DNA from: Chloroflexota bacterium
GTDB lineage: Bacteria; Chloroflexota; Dehalococcoidia; SpSt-223
Assembly (NCBI GenBank): GCA_023512725.1
Contig: JAILZB010000001.1
Coordinates: 1,660-65,659, forward strand
Length of the DNA stretch: 64,000 nt
Direction: 5' to 3'
A program made the position numbers and the translations under genes. Under the pieces are notes generated by a model. The model was given only the letters and a program-made list of their open reading frames with translations, made no database searches and had not been told where the DNA came from. Position 1 is the stretch's first letter. The number at the start of each line of letters is the position of its first letter. Below are positions 18,184-26,988 of the stretch, in pieces.

Positions 18184-18999
18184 ATGCCAGGCAGGATGCT
18201 TCCCTCAGGAGGACCGGACGCGCCGATTGGGGTCTTCGATTCGGGGGTCGGTGGGCTCACGGTGGTGCGAGAGGTCCGTGCGCTACTCCCCCAGGAGGAC
18301 ATCTACTACTTTGCTGACACCGCCCATTGTCCCTACGGCGACCGGCCGCTGGCTGAGGTGATGGAGCTGGCGGCTCAGGTCACCGAGCACCTGCTCGAGC
18401 AGGGGGCGAAGCTGATCGTGGTCGCCTGCAATACTGCCTCGGGAGCAGCCCTGCAGGCCCTTCGCCAGCGTTACCCTGCGGTCCCATTTGTGGGGATGGT
18501 GCCGGCGATCAAGCCGGCGTGTCGCCTCAGCCCAAGCGGCCGGGTCGGCGTCTTGGCGACCGCGCTGACCGTCCAGGCTGACCTCTTCTCCGACGTCGTC
18601 CATCGCTTCGCTCGAGATTGCCGCCTGACGATCCAGACCTGCCCTGGCCTGGCCGAGACGATCGAACGCGGGGAGCTGAGCGGGGAGCGCGTGCTTGCCC
18701 TCCTGCGGGAGTACCTAGCACCGCTGAAAGCGGCGCGGGTCGATGTCTGCGTGCTGGGATGCACCCACTACCCCCTCATCCGCCCACTCATCGAGCAGGA
18801 GCTGGGGCCGGCGGTCCAGGTAGTGGAGAGTGGGGCCGCGGTTGCCCGCCAGGTCGAGCGGGTCCTGCATGAGCGAGGGCTGGTTGCTCCTCACGGCCGG
18901 CCGGGCACCTTCATCCTCGCGGGAAGCGGTGACCTCAACGTGGTGCGGCGCCTGGCGGCCGAGCTGGCCTTGCTCGACCCAAGCTTCAGCCGACGATGA
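18184..18999 (+). CDS. murI: Glutamate racemase
   Basis: IGVFDSGVGGLTVVREV...YFADTAHCPYG...VVACNTAS...LGCTHYP are canonical MurI motifs. GTG 18172 and ATG 18196 are alternative starts. Confidence 0.95.
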   Translation: MPGRMLPSGGPDAPIGVFDSGVGGLTVVREVRALLPQEDIYYFADTAHCPYGDRPLAEVMELAAQVTEHLLEQGAKLIVVACNTASGAALQALRQRYPAVPFVGMVPAIKPACRLSPSGRVGVLATALTVQADLFSDVVHRFARDCRLTIQTCPGLAETIERGELSGERVLALLREYLAPLKAARVDVCVLGCTHYPLIRPLIEQELGPAVQVVESGAAVARQVERVLHERGLVAPHGRPGTFILAGSGDLNVVRRLAAELALLDPSFSRR

Positions 19000-19811
19000 G
19001 CTTCGGCGAGAAGCTCGCCGCTGCTGTCGCCCGGACGCGCTCACTCTTGTGCATCGGCCTCGACCCCGACCCGGCCCGGCTCCCGGTGGCCGACCCCCTC
19101 ATCTTCTGCCGCGAGATCATTGCCGCCACCCGCGACCTCGCCTGCTGCTACAAGCCGAACGCCGCCTTCTTCGAGCAGTATGGTGCGGCTGGCTTCGCGA
19201 TGCTGGAGCAGCTCCGGCTAGCTATTCCTCCGGAGACGCCGGCTCTGCTGGATGCCAAGCGGGGTGATATCGGTAGCTCGTCCGCTGCCTATGCACGCGC
19301 AGTATTCGACGTGCTGGGCTACGATGCCGTGACGGTCTCGCCCTATCTGGGAAGCGACGGCGTCGCGCCGTTCCTCGAACGACCGGACTGCACGGCGTTC
19401 ATCCTCTGTCGGACGTCGAGCCCCGGAGCGGCTGACCTGCAGGAGCTTCGAGTGGCGCGCCCCGATGGCGTGCTCCGGCCGCTGTACGAAATCGTCGCCG
19501 AACTCGCGCGGTCCTGGAACCGCCATGGCAACGTTGGGCTCGTGGTTGGGGCGACCGCCCCAGCAGAACTGAGCACCATCCGCCGCCTCTGTCCAGAGCA
19601 GCCGATCCTGGTGCCGGGGATCGGTGTGCAAGGGGGCGAGGTTGCCCGTGCCGTTGCGGCTGGCCGCGCGGAGGATCCCAGTCGTTTGCTGATCACAGTC
19701 TCGCGCGCGGTGCTCTATGCCAGCAGTGGGGGCGACTGGCTCGCTGCTGCCCGGCGCGCTGCCGAGCGCTATCACGCGGAGATCGCCGCCGCCGCTGGCC
19801 TGACGAGCTAG
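18996..19811 (+). CDS. pyrF: Orotidine 5'-phosphate decarboxylase (type 2)
   Basis: LCIGLDPDP...YKPNAAFFE...LDAKRGDIGSS...VPGIGVQGG. ATGA overlap with murI. Confidence 0.93.
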   Translation: MSFGEKLAAAVARTRSLLCIGLDPDPARLPVADPLIFCREIIAATRDLACCYKPNAAFFEQYGAAGFAMLEQLRLAIPPETPALLDAKRGDIGSSSAAYARAVFDVLGYDAVTVSPYLGSDGVAPFLERPDCTAFILCRTSSPGAADLQELRVARPDGVLRPLYEIVAELARSWNRHGNVGLVVGATAPAELSTIRRLCPEQPILVPGIGVQGGEVARAVAAGRAEDPSRLLITVSRAVLYASSGGDWLAAARRAAERYHAEIAAAAGLTS

Positions 19812-19846
19812 GACTGCGCTGCTGACGGTGCGCGTGCCACCGCCGC

Positions 19847-20476
19847 TTATTCTTCCGGCAGCTGGGCCAGTGCCCGCAGCAGGTGGGCCCGCGCTTCACT
19901 CGCGTCAGCTGGCAAGACGGCGAGCGCCCGCTCAATCTCTTCCCGCGGGCTGAGCGGCCGCGGGCTCGTGCCCTCCAGCCACTCCTCCCAGGTCGGCAGG
20001 AGCGTGCGGCGCTCGAGCACCCCGCGCACGAACGCGCGGATAGTCGCTTCAGCGCTGCCCTGGGCGATGGCGGTAAGCAGGTGCTGTTGCCGGGCGCGCC
20101 GGACGAGGCTCCGCGTTTCGCGCTCACTAGGGGCAAGGGGAGGCTCGGCGACCAGCATCTTTCCAGCGGCGATCGCGCGGTCGAGCGCCTCGGCCTGCTG
20201 CTCGGGGTCGCTGAAGCACGCAACGACGGCATGGATATCCCCGGGGTCGATCATCACGCGCGGGTCGACGCCATAGAGCCCGAGGTGGAAGCGGGTTGCA
20301 AGCTCCTGGACTACCGCGGGGTCCGGGTGCCAGAGGGCAGCTTCGAGCATGACCCGCAATCCGGAGGCCAGAACGATCGACCCTTCAGCGTGGAGCGCCC
20401 GGATGGCGGTCAGGTACGCCGCTGCCCGCTCGCCGTCTCCCAGGACGACGATATTCAGCATCGGCGTGAAACTCAT
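19847..20476 (-). CDS. Hypothetical protein (Rossmann-like N-terminus)
   Basis: 209-aa ORF with coding-like composition (NIVVLGDGERAAAYLTAI...). No family recognised. Confidence 0.5.
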   Translation of the reverse strand: MSFTPMLNIVVLGDGERAAAYLTAIRALHAEGSIVLASGLRVMLEAALWHPDPAVVQELATRFHLGLYGVDPRVMIDPGDIHAVVACFSDPEQQAEALDRAIAAGKMLVAEPPLAPSERETRSLVRRARQQHLLTAIAQGSAEATIRAFVRGVLERRTLLPTWEEWLEGTSPRPLSPREEIERALAVLPADASEARAHLLRALAQLPEE

Positions 20477-20595
20477 GCCACCATGATAGCAGCCCGGGTG
20501 GCACGCAGTGCGCGTGGTGAACTGCCCAGTCCTGAACTGCTTGCGCGGACGAGAGCAGGCTGGCAGACTGGAAACGCGGGCGAGAGAGGACAGTC

Positions 20596-20985
20596 ATGGT
20601 CGTCGAGGCGTTGCCACGGCAGCGGGTGCGACTGCCACGCCAGCGGCCGCTCCCGGAGGGCGCGGTTGCAGGCAGTGAGCAGTTCCCCCGCCCGACCACG
20701 CCCGCTGGCTGGGCGGAGATACGACTGGGCCTCTGGTGGCTCCTCGTCGCAGCGGCGGTGACGCTCTTCTCGGCGCTGTTCTGGGCGCTCGTCTGGCCGG
20801 AACCGCGCGGGCTGGCGGCACTGCGCGTTCACCTCGAGTTTGCGGTCCCCCTGGCGCTCGCCTGGGCGGGTGGGGTCGTCGCCCTGCTGACGGGGCTGGT
20901 TGGGGTGCTCCGGCAACGCCTGCGTGCGCCCGCACGCCAGCCGCGTCGGCCGACAGCGCCCCTACGAGGAGGTGCGCTACCCTAG
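20596..20985 (+). CDS. Hypothetical small membrane protein (2 TM)
   Basis: ATG behind GAGAGAGGA. Two hydrophobic helices (LGLWWLLVAAAVTLFSALFWALVW; FAVPLALAWAGGVVALLTGLVGVL). Confidence 0.45.
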   Translation: MVVEALPRQRVRLPRQRPLPEGAVAGSEQFPRPTTPAGWAEIRLGLWWLLVAAAVTLFSALFWALVWPEPRGLAALRVHLEFAVPLALAWAGGVVALLTGLVGVLRQRLRAPARQPRRPTAPLRGGALP

Positions 20986-21001
20986 CCGGGGGAGGCACGA
21001 T

Positions 21002-21478
21002 ATGGATACAGGGCGTCCCTTTTTGGTTGAGCTGCCGATCCGCGTGCAGGGGTACGATATCGACGTCATTGGGCGGGTGAGCAACATCGTTTACGTCCGC
21101 TGGTTGGAAGACCTGCGGATGGAGTTGCTGGCGACCTACTTCCCCTTCGAGGAGTGCGTGCGGCGTGGGGTCTCGCCGGTCCTGCTACGGACGGAAGTGC
21201 ACTACCATCACCCGGTGAAGATGTTCGACCCGGTCCGGGGGCGGATCTGGGTGACGGGAATGGGGCGCACGAGCTGGGAGATCGGGGCCGAGTTTGTGGT
21301 GGGGGAGAAGGTGATGGCGAGCGGCCGTCAGCGGGGGTGCTTCGTGTCGCTCGCTACCGGTCGCCCGGCTCCCGTCCCGGAGTGGCTGGTCAGCCAATGG
21401 CAAGCCTGGCAGACCGCCGGTATCCCCCCGCAGCCCTGGTCCGGCGCGCCAGCGCACGCCGGGGAGACAGCTCCGTAA
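21002..21478 (+). CDS. Acyl-CoA thioesterase, hotdog fold (4HBT/YbgC-like)
   Basis: MDTGRPFLVELPIRVQGYDIDVIGRVSNIVYVRWLEDLR... has the typical 4HBT N-terminal pattern. Internal ATG of track ORF 20900..21478. Confidence 0.8.
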   Translation: MDTGRPFLVELPIRVQGYDIDVIGRVSNIVYVRWLEDLRMELLATYFPFEECVRRGVSPVLLRTEVHYHHPVKMFDPVRGRIWVTGMGRTSWEIGAEFVVGEKVMASGRQRGCFVSLATGRPAPVPEWLVSQWQAWQTAGIPPQPWSGAPAHAGETAP

Positions 21479-21692
21479 GCGCAAGCGCAAGCTGGTGGGG
21501 TGGTGAAGTGAGGAGCGTCAGCTGGCGTTCGGCCCAGGCCCGACCAGTCCGCAGTGCCCCGGTCAGGCTGCGGCAGCGGGCAGTCCGCGCAGGGACGCCA
21601 TTGAGCAGGACCGTCACGCGGTACTGATCGGCGCAGGCCCCTACGTTCAGCTCGATGGTAAGGCTATCTCCCTCAAAATATCGGTAGGTCAT
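21390..21692 (-). CDS. Possible small hypothetical protein
   Basis: MTYRYFEGDSLTIELNVGACADQYRVTVLLNG... has a lower-GC 5' part. The 3' end overlaps the thioesterase gene by 89 nt, so the true end and the gene's reality are uncertain. Confidence 0.3.
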   Translation of the reverse strand: MTYRYFEGDSLTIELNVGACADQYRVTVLLNGVPARTARCRSLTGALRTGRAWAERQLTLLTSPPHQLALALTELSPRRALARRTRAAGGYRRSARLAIG

Positions 21693-21795
21693 GCGCCCCT
21701 GTTCCACTAGCCCTGGGCCTCCGTCATCTATGGATACCCAAGTCTAGCAGATCGATCAGTCCGTTGGGACTATAAAGCACCCAGTTTCGGACTAT

Positions 21796-22428
21796 TTACG
21801 GAATAGGGTCAGAGGGCCAGTGGGACGAGAGGATGACCTGGTAGACCCCCTCGCTCGCCTCCTCGACCGCTTCGAGCGGCAGGGGGAGCGCGCGGGCTGC
21901 CGCTTCCGTCCGGGTATGAGCGACGTAGCAATAGGCGTTCGGCTGGCCACGGTTCCGCAGCACGCGGATGTTCACAACCTCACCGCTGGCTGGTGCTGCT
22001 GCCGCCTGGGCCCGCGCGGCTGCCTCCCACGCTGGCTCCTGACCCGGCCGCACGAATGCCAGCAGGTGACGGGCATAGCCCAGCTGTGCGGGGTCGCGGC
22101 CAGTCGGTGGGGGAGCGAGCCGCCGCTCGGTAACGAGTTCCCAGTAGCCAGGTGAGAGCGGACCGACCATCCGGGCACGCGGGAGGCTAGCCGGCCCGCT
22201 CCGCTCCCGGAGGGCCTGGAAGGCAGGTGAGACCCCAAAGGCTTCGGAGTCCTGCTGAGCGCGCCAGGCCATGAGGTGGATGGTACGGCGAGGGTCGGTA
22301 AGGCTGCGGAAGTACAGGTTCCAGAGGATGCCCGGCGTCTGGTGAAGTAGGTCGTCGTAGGCCTCTTCCTGCTGGCGGACCTGCTCCGGTTCGCGCAGGA
22401 TCTCGCTGATGCCCTGGACAAGAAACAT
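21796..22428 (-). CDS. Hypothetical protein (possibly two ABM/dimeric alpha-beta-barrel-like halves)
   Basis: 210-aa ORF, coding-like. No firm family call. Confidence 0.5.
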   Translation of the reverse strand: MFLVQGISEILREPEQVRQQEEAYDDLLHQTPGILWNLYFRSLTDPRRTIHLMAWRAQQDSEAFGVSPAFQALRERSGPASLPRARMVGPLSPGYWELVTERRLAPPPTGRDPAQLGYARHLLAFVRPGQEPAWEAAARAQAAAAPASGEVVNIRVLRNRGQPNAYCYVAHTRTEAAARALPLPLEAVEEASEGVYQVILSSHWPSDPIP

Positions 22429-22477
22429 CGGTCACACACCTCGGGGGGTGCTGGGGCGCCTGCTGCAGGGTAGCAGA

Positions 22478-24565
22478 ATGGGGCTGCCCGTCGCGGTGGT
22501 GAGCGGGGCGGTGCTCGCCTGGGGTGGTGAGATCGTGCTGGGCAGCGTTCCAACCTGGGGAGCAACGGCGCTCCAGTTCCAACCCTGGCAACAGGCAGTA
22601 GCCGCCGCCTACCGCGCGGGGCAGCTACCGCTCTGGACCTCGCTTGCTGGCTTCGGGGCGCCACTGGCAGCCAATCCGCAGGCGGCTGCCTTCTCCCCCT
22701 TTACGGTGCTGTCGGTGGTCGCCGGTGGCGAGCGGGGAGTGGCGCTCAGCCTACTCCTGCATGGCCTGGTGGCTGGGCTCGGTGGCCTGCTGGCGGCCCG
22801 CCGGCTCGGCATTCCCCCGGGGCCTGCGACGCTCGCGGGGGTGGTCGCCGCTCTGGGGGGGGCGCTGGCAGCTCGCGCTGTCTTTCCTCCCTTCTTCGCT
22901 ACCGCGAGCTGGCTCGGCCTGGCCATCGCTGCGTGGCCCTATGCTCCCCGGCGCCCTCACGCGGCCGTCCGCCCTGCCCTGGTGCTAGCGCTCGCCTGGC
23001 TGGATGGTCATCCTCAGGCTTGGCTGATGGTGGCGCTCGCGAGCGGGCTCGCAGCACTCTGGTTCAGTGTGCGGGAGGGCAGCGAACGCTGGCGTGTGCT
23101 TGGCGGGCTGCTGCTAGGGGGTGGGGCGGTGCTCATGACCCTGGGGCTGGTGGCATTCCAGGTGCTGCCTGCTCTCGAGCTGTTCGTCCATTCGGGACGC
23201 GTGTCTGGCCTCTCGAACGAACAGGTCGCCCCCTACGACCCGCCGCCCTGGGCAGCGCTTCTCCTCCTCGCGCCTGATCTGCTTGGCTTGCCGGCGATGG
23301 GTGACTACCGAGGACCGGTCGGGTTCTGGGAGTGGTGCTGGACAGTCGGACTGGTTGCCTTGCCGCTCGCGGCGCTTGCGCGCTGTGGGCTGCCGGTCCT
23401 GTTGTTCGGCGTGAGTGTGGCGCTCGCCTTTCTTCCGGGTCTCCCGGTGGTCGGGGGGATGGGGCGCCTGCTCAGTGGAGGTGAGTGGCTGCGGGGGGCT
23501 GGCCGGTGGCTGGTGCTCGCCGATTTCGCGCTGGCGCTCCTCGCTGCTGCCGGCCTCGCCCGGCTGCTCGCGCTCCCCCCCGCGTCTCAGCGGCGTGTCA
23601 TCCTCCGGACCGCCGCGGTGGGGGCTGGCGTGATCCTCGGGGGGCTGGTAGCGCTGCCCCTCGGGGGCGGGCCACTCGTCCGGGCGGGGGCCGGGCTGGT
23701 CGGTGCAAGCCTCGTGCTGGCACTTGCGGTACGTTTCGGCTGGCTGGTAGCGGCGCTCGCGGTGGCAGCGGAACTCGTGCTCTTCAGCCGGCCGCTCCTT
23801 CCGCTCGGGCCGGCTGGCTGGCCGACGGTGAGCACACCTGGCCCGCTCCTCACCCCCGAACCGCGCTTCCTCGAGCAGTTCTTCGCTGCCTTTCCGCTCG
23901 ACCAGTACGACCGGCCCTTCCCGCTGCCCGCCTCCGCTGCGCACCTCCCAAACCGCGGGCTCGTCAATGGCTATCGCGACGTGCTCCCGTACGACCCGCT
24001 GCGGCTGGCCGCCACCGAGCGCGCGCTGGCCGCGGCAGGTGAGGACGCGCGTGCTCTCGCCCGGCTCGGGGTGGCGGAGGTGGCCGGCCGGGGGGTGGTG
24101 AGTGGCACACGCCCGCTCGTTTCCTGGGCAACGCGTGCGGTGGTGGTACCGGATGAGACGGCCGCGCTCGCTCGGCTGGCCGACCCTGCCCTCGCAGAGG
24201 ACACGATCGTGCTCATCGATCGGCCGCCACTCCCGCCTCCCGAGGGCCTGCCGGCAGCAGAGCAGGCGCTGATCATCCGAGAGGCGAGCGCTGGGCGCTA
24301 CTGGATTGAGACGGCCAGCCCCGACCCAGGCTTTCTGAGGGTCTTAGAGAGCAGCTATCCGGGCTGGCGAGTCTGGGTCGATGGCCGGCCGGCGGCGCTC
24401 ACCCGCGCCGAAGGGGTCTTCCTCGCGGTGCCGCTCTCGGCCGGGCGGCATCGCGTGTTGCTGGCCTATCTCCCCGGCTCCTGGCTCCTGGGCCTCGCGG
24501 TGAGCGCCATTGCCTGGCCCTTTGTAATTCGCCTCGCTCTAGTGGCCAGCCGCTCCCGCCGCTGA
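22478..24565 (+). CDS. YfhO-family polytopic membrane protein (GT-C-like glycosyltransferase)
   Basis: Over 12 TM segments, plus a C-terminal ...SSYPGWRVWVDGRPAALTRAEGVFLAVPLSAGRHRVLLAYLPGSW... that is typical of YfhO. ATG 22478 avoids overlap with the divergent gene. Confidence 0.75.
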   Translation: MGLPVAVVSGAVLAWGGEIVLGSVPTWGATALQFQPWQQAVAAAYRAGQLPLWTSLAGFGAPLAANPQAAAFSPFTVLSVVAGGERGVALSLLLHGLVAGLGGLLAARRLGIPPGPATLAGVVAALGGALAARAVFPPFFATASWLGLAIAAWPYAPRRPHAAVRPALVLALAWLDGHPQAWLMVALASGLAALWFSVREGSERWRVLGGLLLGGGAVLMTLGLVAFQVLPALELFVHSGRVSGLSNEQVAPYDPPPWAALLLLAPDLLGLPAMGDYRGPVGFWEWCWTVGLVALPLAALARCGLPVLLFGVSVALAFLPGLPVVGGMGRLLSGGEWLRGAGRWLVLADFALALLAAAGLARLLALPPASQRRVILRTAAVGAGVILGGLVALPLGGGPLVRAGAGLVGASLVLALAVRFGWLVAALAVAAELVLFSRPLLPLGPAGWPTVSTPGPLLTPEPRFLEQFFAAFPLDQYDRPFPLPASAAHLPNRGLVNGYRDVLPYDPLRLAATERALAAAGEDARALARLGVAEVAGRGVVSGTRPLVSWATRAVVVPDETAALARLADPALAEDTIVLIDRPPLPPPEGLPAAEQALIIREASAGRYWIETASPDPGFLRVLESSYPGWRVWVDGRPAALTRAEGVFLAVPLSAGRHRVLLAYLPGSWLLGLAVSAIAWPFVIRLALVASRSRR

Positions 24566-24577
24566 GGAGCCGCTCTC

Positions 24578-24583
24578 TATAAT
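24578..24583 (+). promoter_or_regulatory. Candidate -10 box (TATAAT) for lysA-holB
   Basis: TCTATAATCGG lies 43 nt upstream of ATG 24626. The RBS AAAGGAAG lies between them. Confidence 0.35.
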
Positions 24584-24625
24584 CGGCCGGAGACCCACGC
24601 GAGGACCCGCAAAGGAAGATCCAGC

Positions 24626-25954
24626 ATGCTGAATGTTCACGGTCGCGACCTGAGCAGCGTCTTTCCGCTGACGGCCCGCGCCACTGCGGCGGGGATGACG
24701 ATCGGCGGCTGCGACCTAGCTGCCCTCGCTCGTCGCTTCGGTACCCCGCTCTACCTCTTCGATGAGATAACGCTTCGCCACCAGCTCCGCGCGTTCCGCG
24801 ATGCCTTCCGCGCCCATTACCCGGACGTGCTCCCCCTCTACGCCGCCAAGGCGTACCTCGGCCGGGCGCTGCTGCGCCTAGTGCGCGAAGAAGGCTACGG
24901 GCTGGATGTCGTCTCGGGTGGGGAACTTGCCTTTGCCCGCGCGGTGGGCTACCCGCCGGAAATGATCTACTTCCATGGCAACAACAAGACGCCTGCTGAG
25001 CTGGAAGAAGCGCTCGCGGCTGGCATCGGTCGGGTGGTGGTCGACAACTTCGTTGAACTCGAGACGCTCGACCGGCTCGCCGGAGCGCGCGGTCAGCGGG
25101 TGGCCGTGGTCCTGCGAGTCTCTCCCGGTATCGACCCCCACACTCATAGCAAGACCACCACCGGGATTGTCGATAGCAAGTTCGGCTTCACCATTGCCAC
25201 CGGGCAGGCGAGCGAAGCGCTCCGTCAGGCCGCGACAGCGCCCAATCTGGACCTGGTCGGCATCCATAGCCACCTTGGCTCGCCGATCTTCGAAATCGCG
25301 CCGTACCTCGAGGCGCTCGCAGTGGTGCTGGACTTCGTGGCTGCCCATCGCGACGTGCCGGGCTTCGCCTTCCGCGAGATCAGCCCGGGTGGCGGGTTTG
25401 CAGTCCAGTACCTGGCGAGCACACCGGCGCCCACCCCCAGCGACTATGCCGCTGCCATTGGCCCGGCGCTCTGCCAGGGGCTGGAAGCACGCCGGCTTGG
25501 CCAGCCGCGACTGTTCATCGAGCCCGGTCGCGCGATCGTCGGGCGGGCGGGGGTAGCGATCTATACCGTCGGAGCGCGCAAGACGATCCCAGGAGTGCGG
25601 ACCTATGTCTCCGTCGATGGCGGGATGGCCGACAATATTCGACCGGCGCTCTACGATGCCCGCTACGAGGTGGCAGTCGTCAATCGGCTGGCAGAACCTG
25701 CAAGCGAGGTGATCACCCTGGCCGGGAAGTACTGTGAATCGGGCGATATCCTAGCCCGCGACATCGCCTTGCCGCCGCTCCAGCCGGGTGACCTGGTGGC
25801 ACTGCCGGTGGCGGGTGCCTACGCGCCAGCGATGGCGTCCAACTACAACATGGCCCTCAAGCCCGCGATCGTGCTGGTGCGCGACGGAGAGGCGAAGCTC
25901 ATACGTCGGCGCGAGACCTACGAAGACCTCCTGCGGTTCGAGGTCGATGACTAA
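24626..25954 (+). CDS. lysA: Diaminopimelate decarboxylase
   Basis: PLYLFDE...YAAKAY...HGNNK...HSHLGS...EPGRAIV...CESGD are canonical LysA/Orn-DAP-Arg decarboxylase motifs. Confidence 0.95.
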   Translation: MLNVHGRDLSSVFPLTARATAAGMTIGGCDLAALARRFGTPLYLFDEITLRHQLRAFRDAFRAHYPDVLPLYAAKAYLGRALLRLVREEGYGLDVVSGGELAFARAVGYPPEMIYFHGNNKTPAELEEALAAGIGRVVVDNFVELETLDRLAGARGQRVAVVLRVSPGIDPHTHSKTTTGIVDSKFGFTIATGQASEALRQAATAPNLDLVGIHSHLGSPIFEIAPYLEALAVVLDFVAAHRDVPGFAFREISPGGGFAVQYLASTPAPTPSDYAAAIGPALCQGLEARRLGQPRLFIEPGRAIVGRAGVAIYTVGARKTIPGVRTYVSVDGGMADNIRPALYDARYEVAVVNRLAEPASEVITLAGKYCESGDILARDIALPPLQPGDLVALPVAGAYAPAMASNYNMALKPAIVLVRDGEAKLIRRRETYEDLLRFEVDD

Positions 25955-26981
25955 CTGGGGCGTAATCGGCCAGGAGCGCGCAGTCGCCTTCCTCCAGCGG
26001 GCAGTCGCGCACGGTCGGATCCACCATGCCTACCTGCTGAGCGGTCCGCCCCAGGTGGGGAAGGGGACGCTCGCTCTCGCCTTCGCCCAGGCGCTCAACT
26101 GCGAGCAGGTAGCTCCCCCCTGCCAGCAGTGCCGGAGCTGCCAGCGGATCGCCCGCGGGGTCCATCCCGATGTGGTCGTGCTTGGGCTGCAGACTGATGA
26201 GCGCTCGGAGCAGGGCCGCTTGCGGAAGAGCATCGGCATCGGCCAGGTCCAGGAGCTCGCCGCTGCCCTCGCCTTACAGCCTTATGAAGGACGCTGGCGC
26301 TGCGTCATCATCGATGGTGCCGAGCGGCTCTCAGTCGAGGCGGCGAACGCCCTGCTCAAGACGCTGGAAGAGCCGCCGCCGCAGGTGCTGCTCATCGTGC
26401 TGACGGTCGACCCCGAGCAGCTCCTGCCCACCATCCGCTCGCGCTGCCAGCGCCTCGACCTCTGCCTGGTGGCGGAGGCCGTGATCGCAGCCGAGCTGCA
26501 CCGCCAGGGGGCCCCGGAGGAGACCGCCCGTCATCTCGCCCGGCTCGCCAATGGGCGCCCGGGCTGGGCGCTCGCCGCCTTCCGCGATCCTGACCAGCTG
26601 GCAACGCGGAGCGAGCAGCTCACCCTGCTGGTCGAGGCCCTCCGCGGCGACACTCTCCGGCGTCTCGACCAGGCTGCCAAGCTTGCGACGCGCTTCGCGG
26701 CCAGTCGAGAAGAGGTCTACGCCACCCTTGACCTCTGGCAGGGCTGGCTACGCGACGTGCTGGTGCTGGCCGCTGGTGGCGTGGACCTCCTTTGGAACCA
26801 GGACTGGGCGGCCACTCTCCAGACGGTGGCCGCCACGGTCGCGCCGGCTCAGGCTCGGGCAGGGATCGAAGCGCTCCGCCGCTGCCGCCGCCAGCTCGAG
26901 GCGAACGTCAATGCGCGCCTGGCGCTGGAGGCCGCCCTGCTCGACCTGCCCACCCTCCCCACGGCAGCGCTCGCTTCCTGA
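25947..26981 (+). CDS. holB: DNA polymerase III delta' subunit
   Basis: MTNWGVIGQERAVAFLQRAVAHGRIHHAYLLSGPPQVGKGTLALAFAQALNCE...CQQCRSC...ANALLKTLEEPP. Overlaps the lysA stop by 8 nt. Confidence 0.9.
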   Translation: MTNWGVIGQERAVAFLQRAVAHGRIHHAYLLSGPPQVGKGTLALAFAQALNCEQVAPPCQQCRSCQRIARGVHPDVVVLGLQTDERSEQGRLRKSIGIGQVQELAAALALQPYEGRWRCVIIDGAERLSVEAANALLKTLEEPPPQVLLIVLTVDPEQLLPTIRSRCQRLDLCLVAEAVIAAELHRQGAPEETARHLARLANGRPGWALAAFRDPDQLATRSEQLTLLVEALRGDTLRRLDQAAKLATRFAASREEVYATLDLWQGWLRDVLVLAAGGVDLLWNQDWAATLQTVAATVAPAQARAGIEALRRCRRQLEANVNARLALEAALLDLPTLPTAALAS

Positions 26982-26988
26982 GCCGCGC

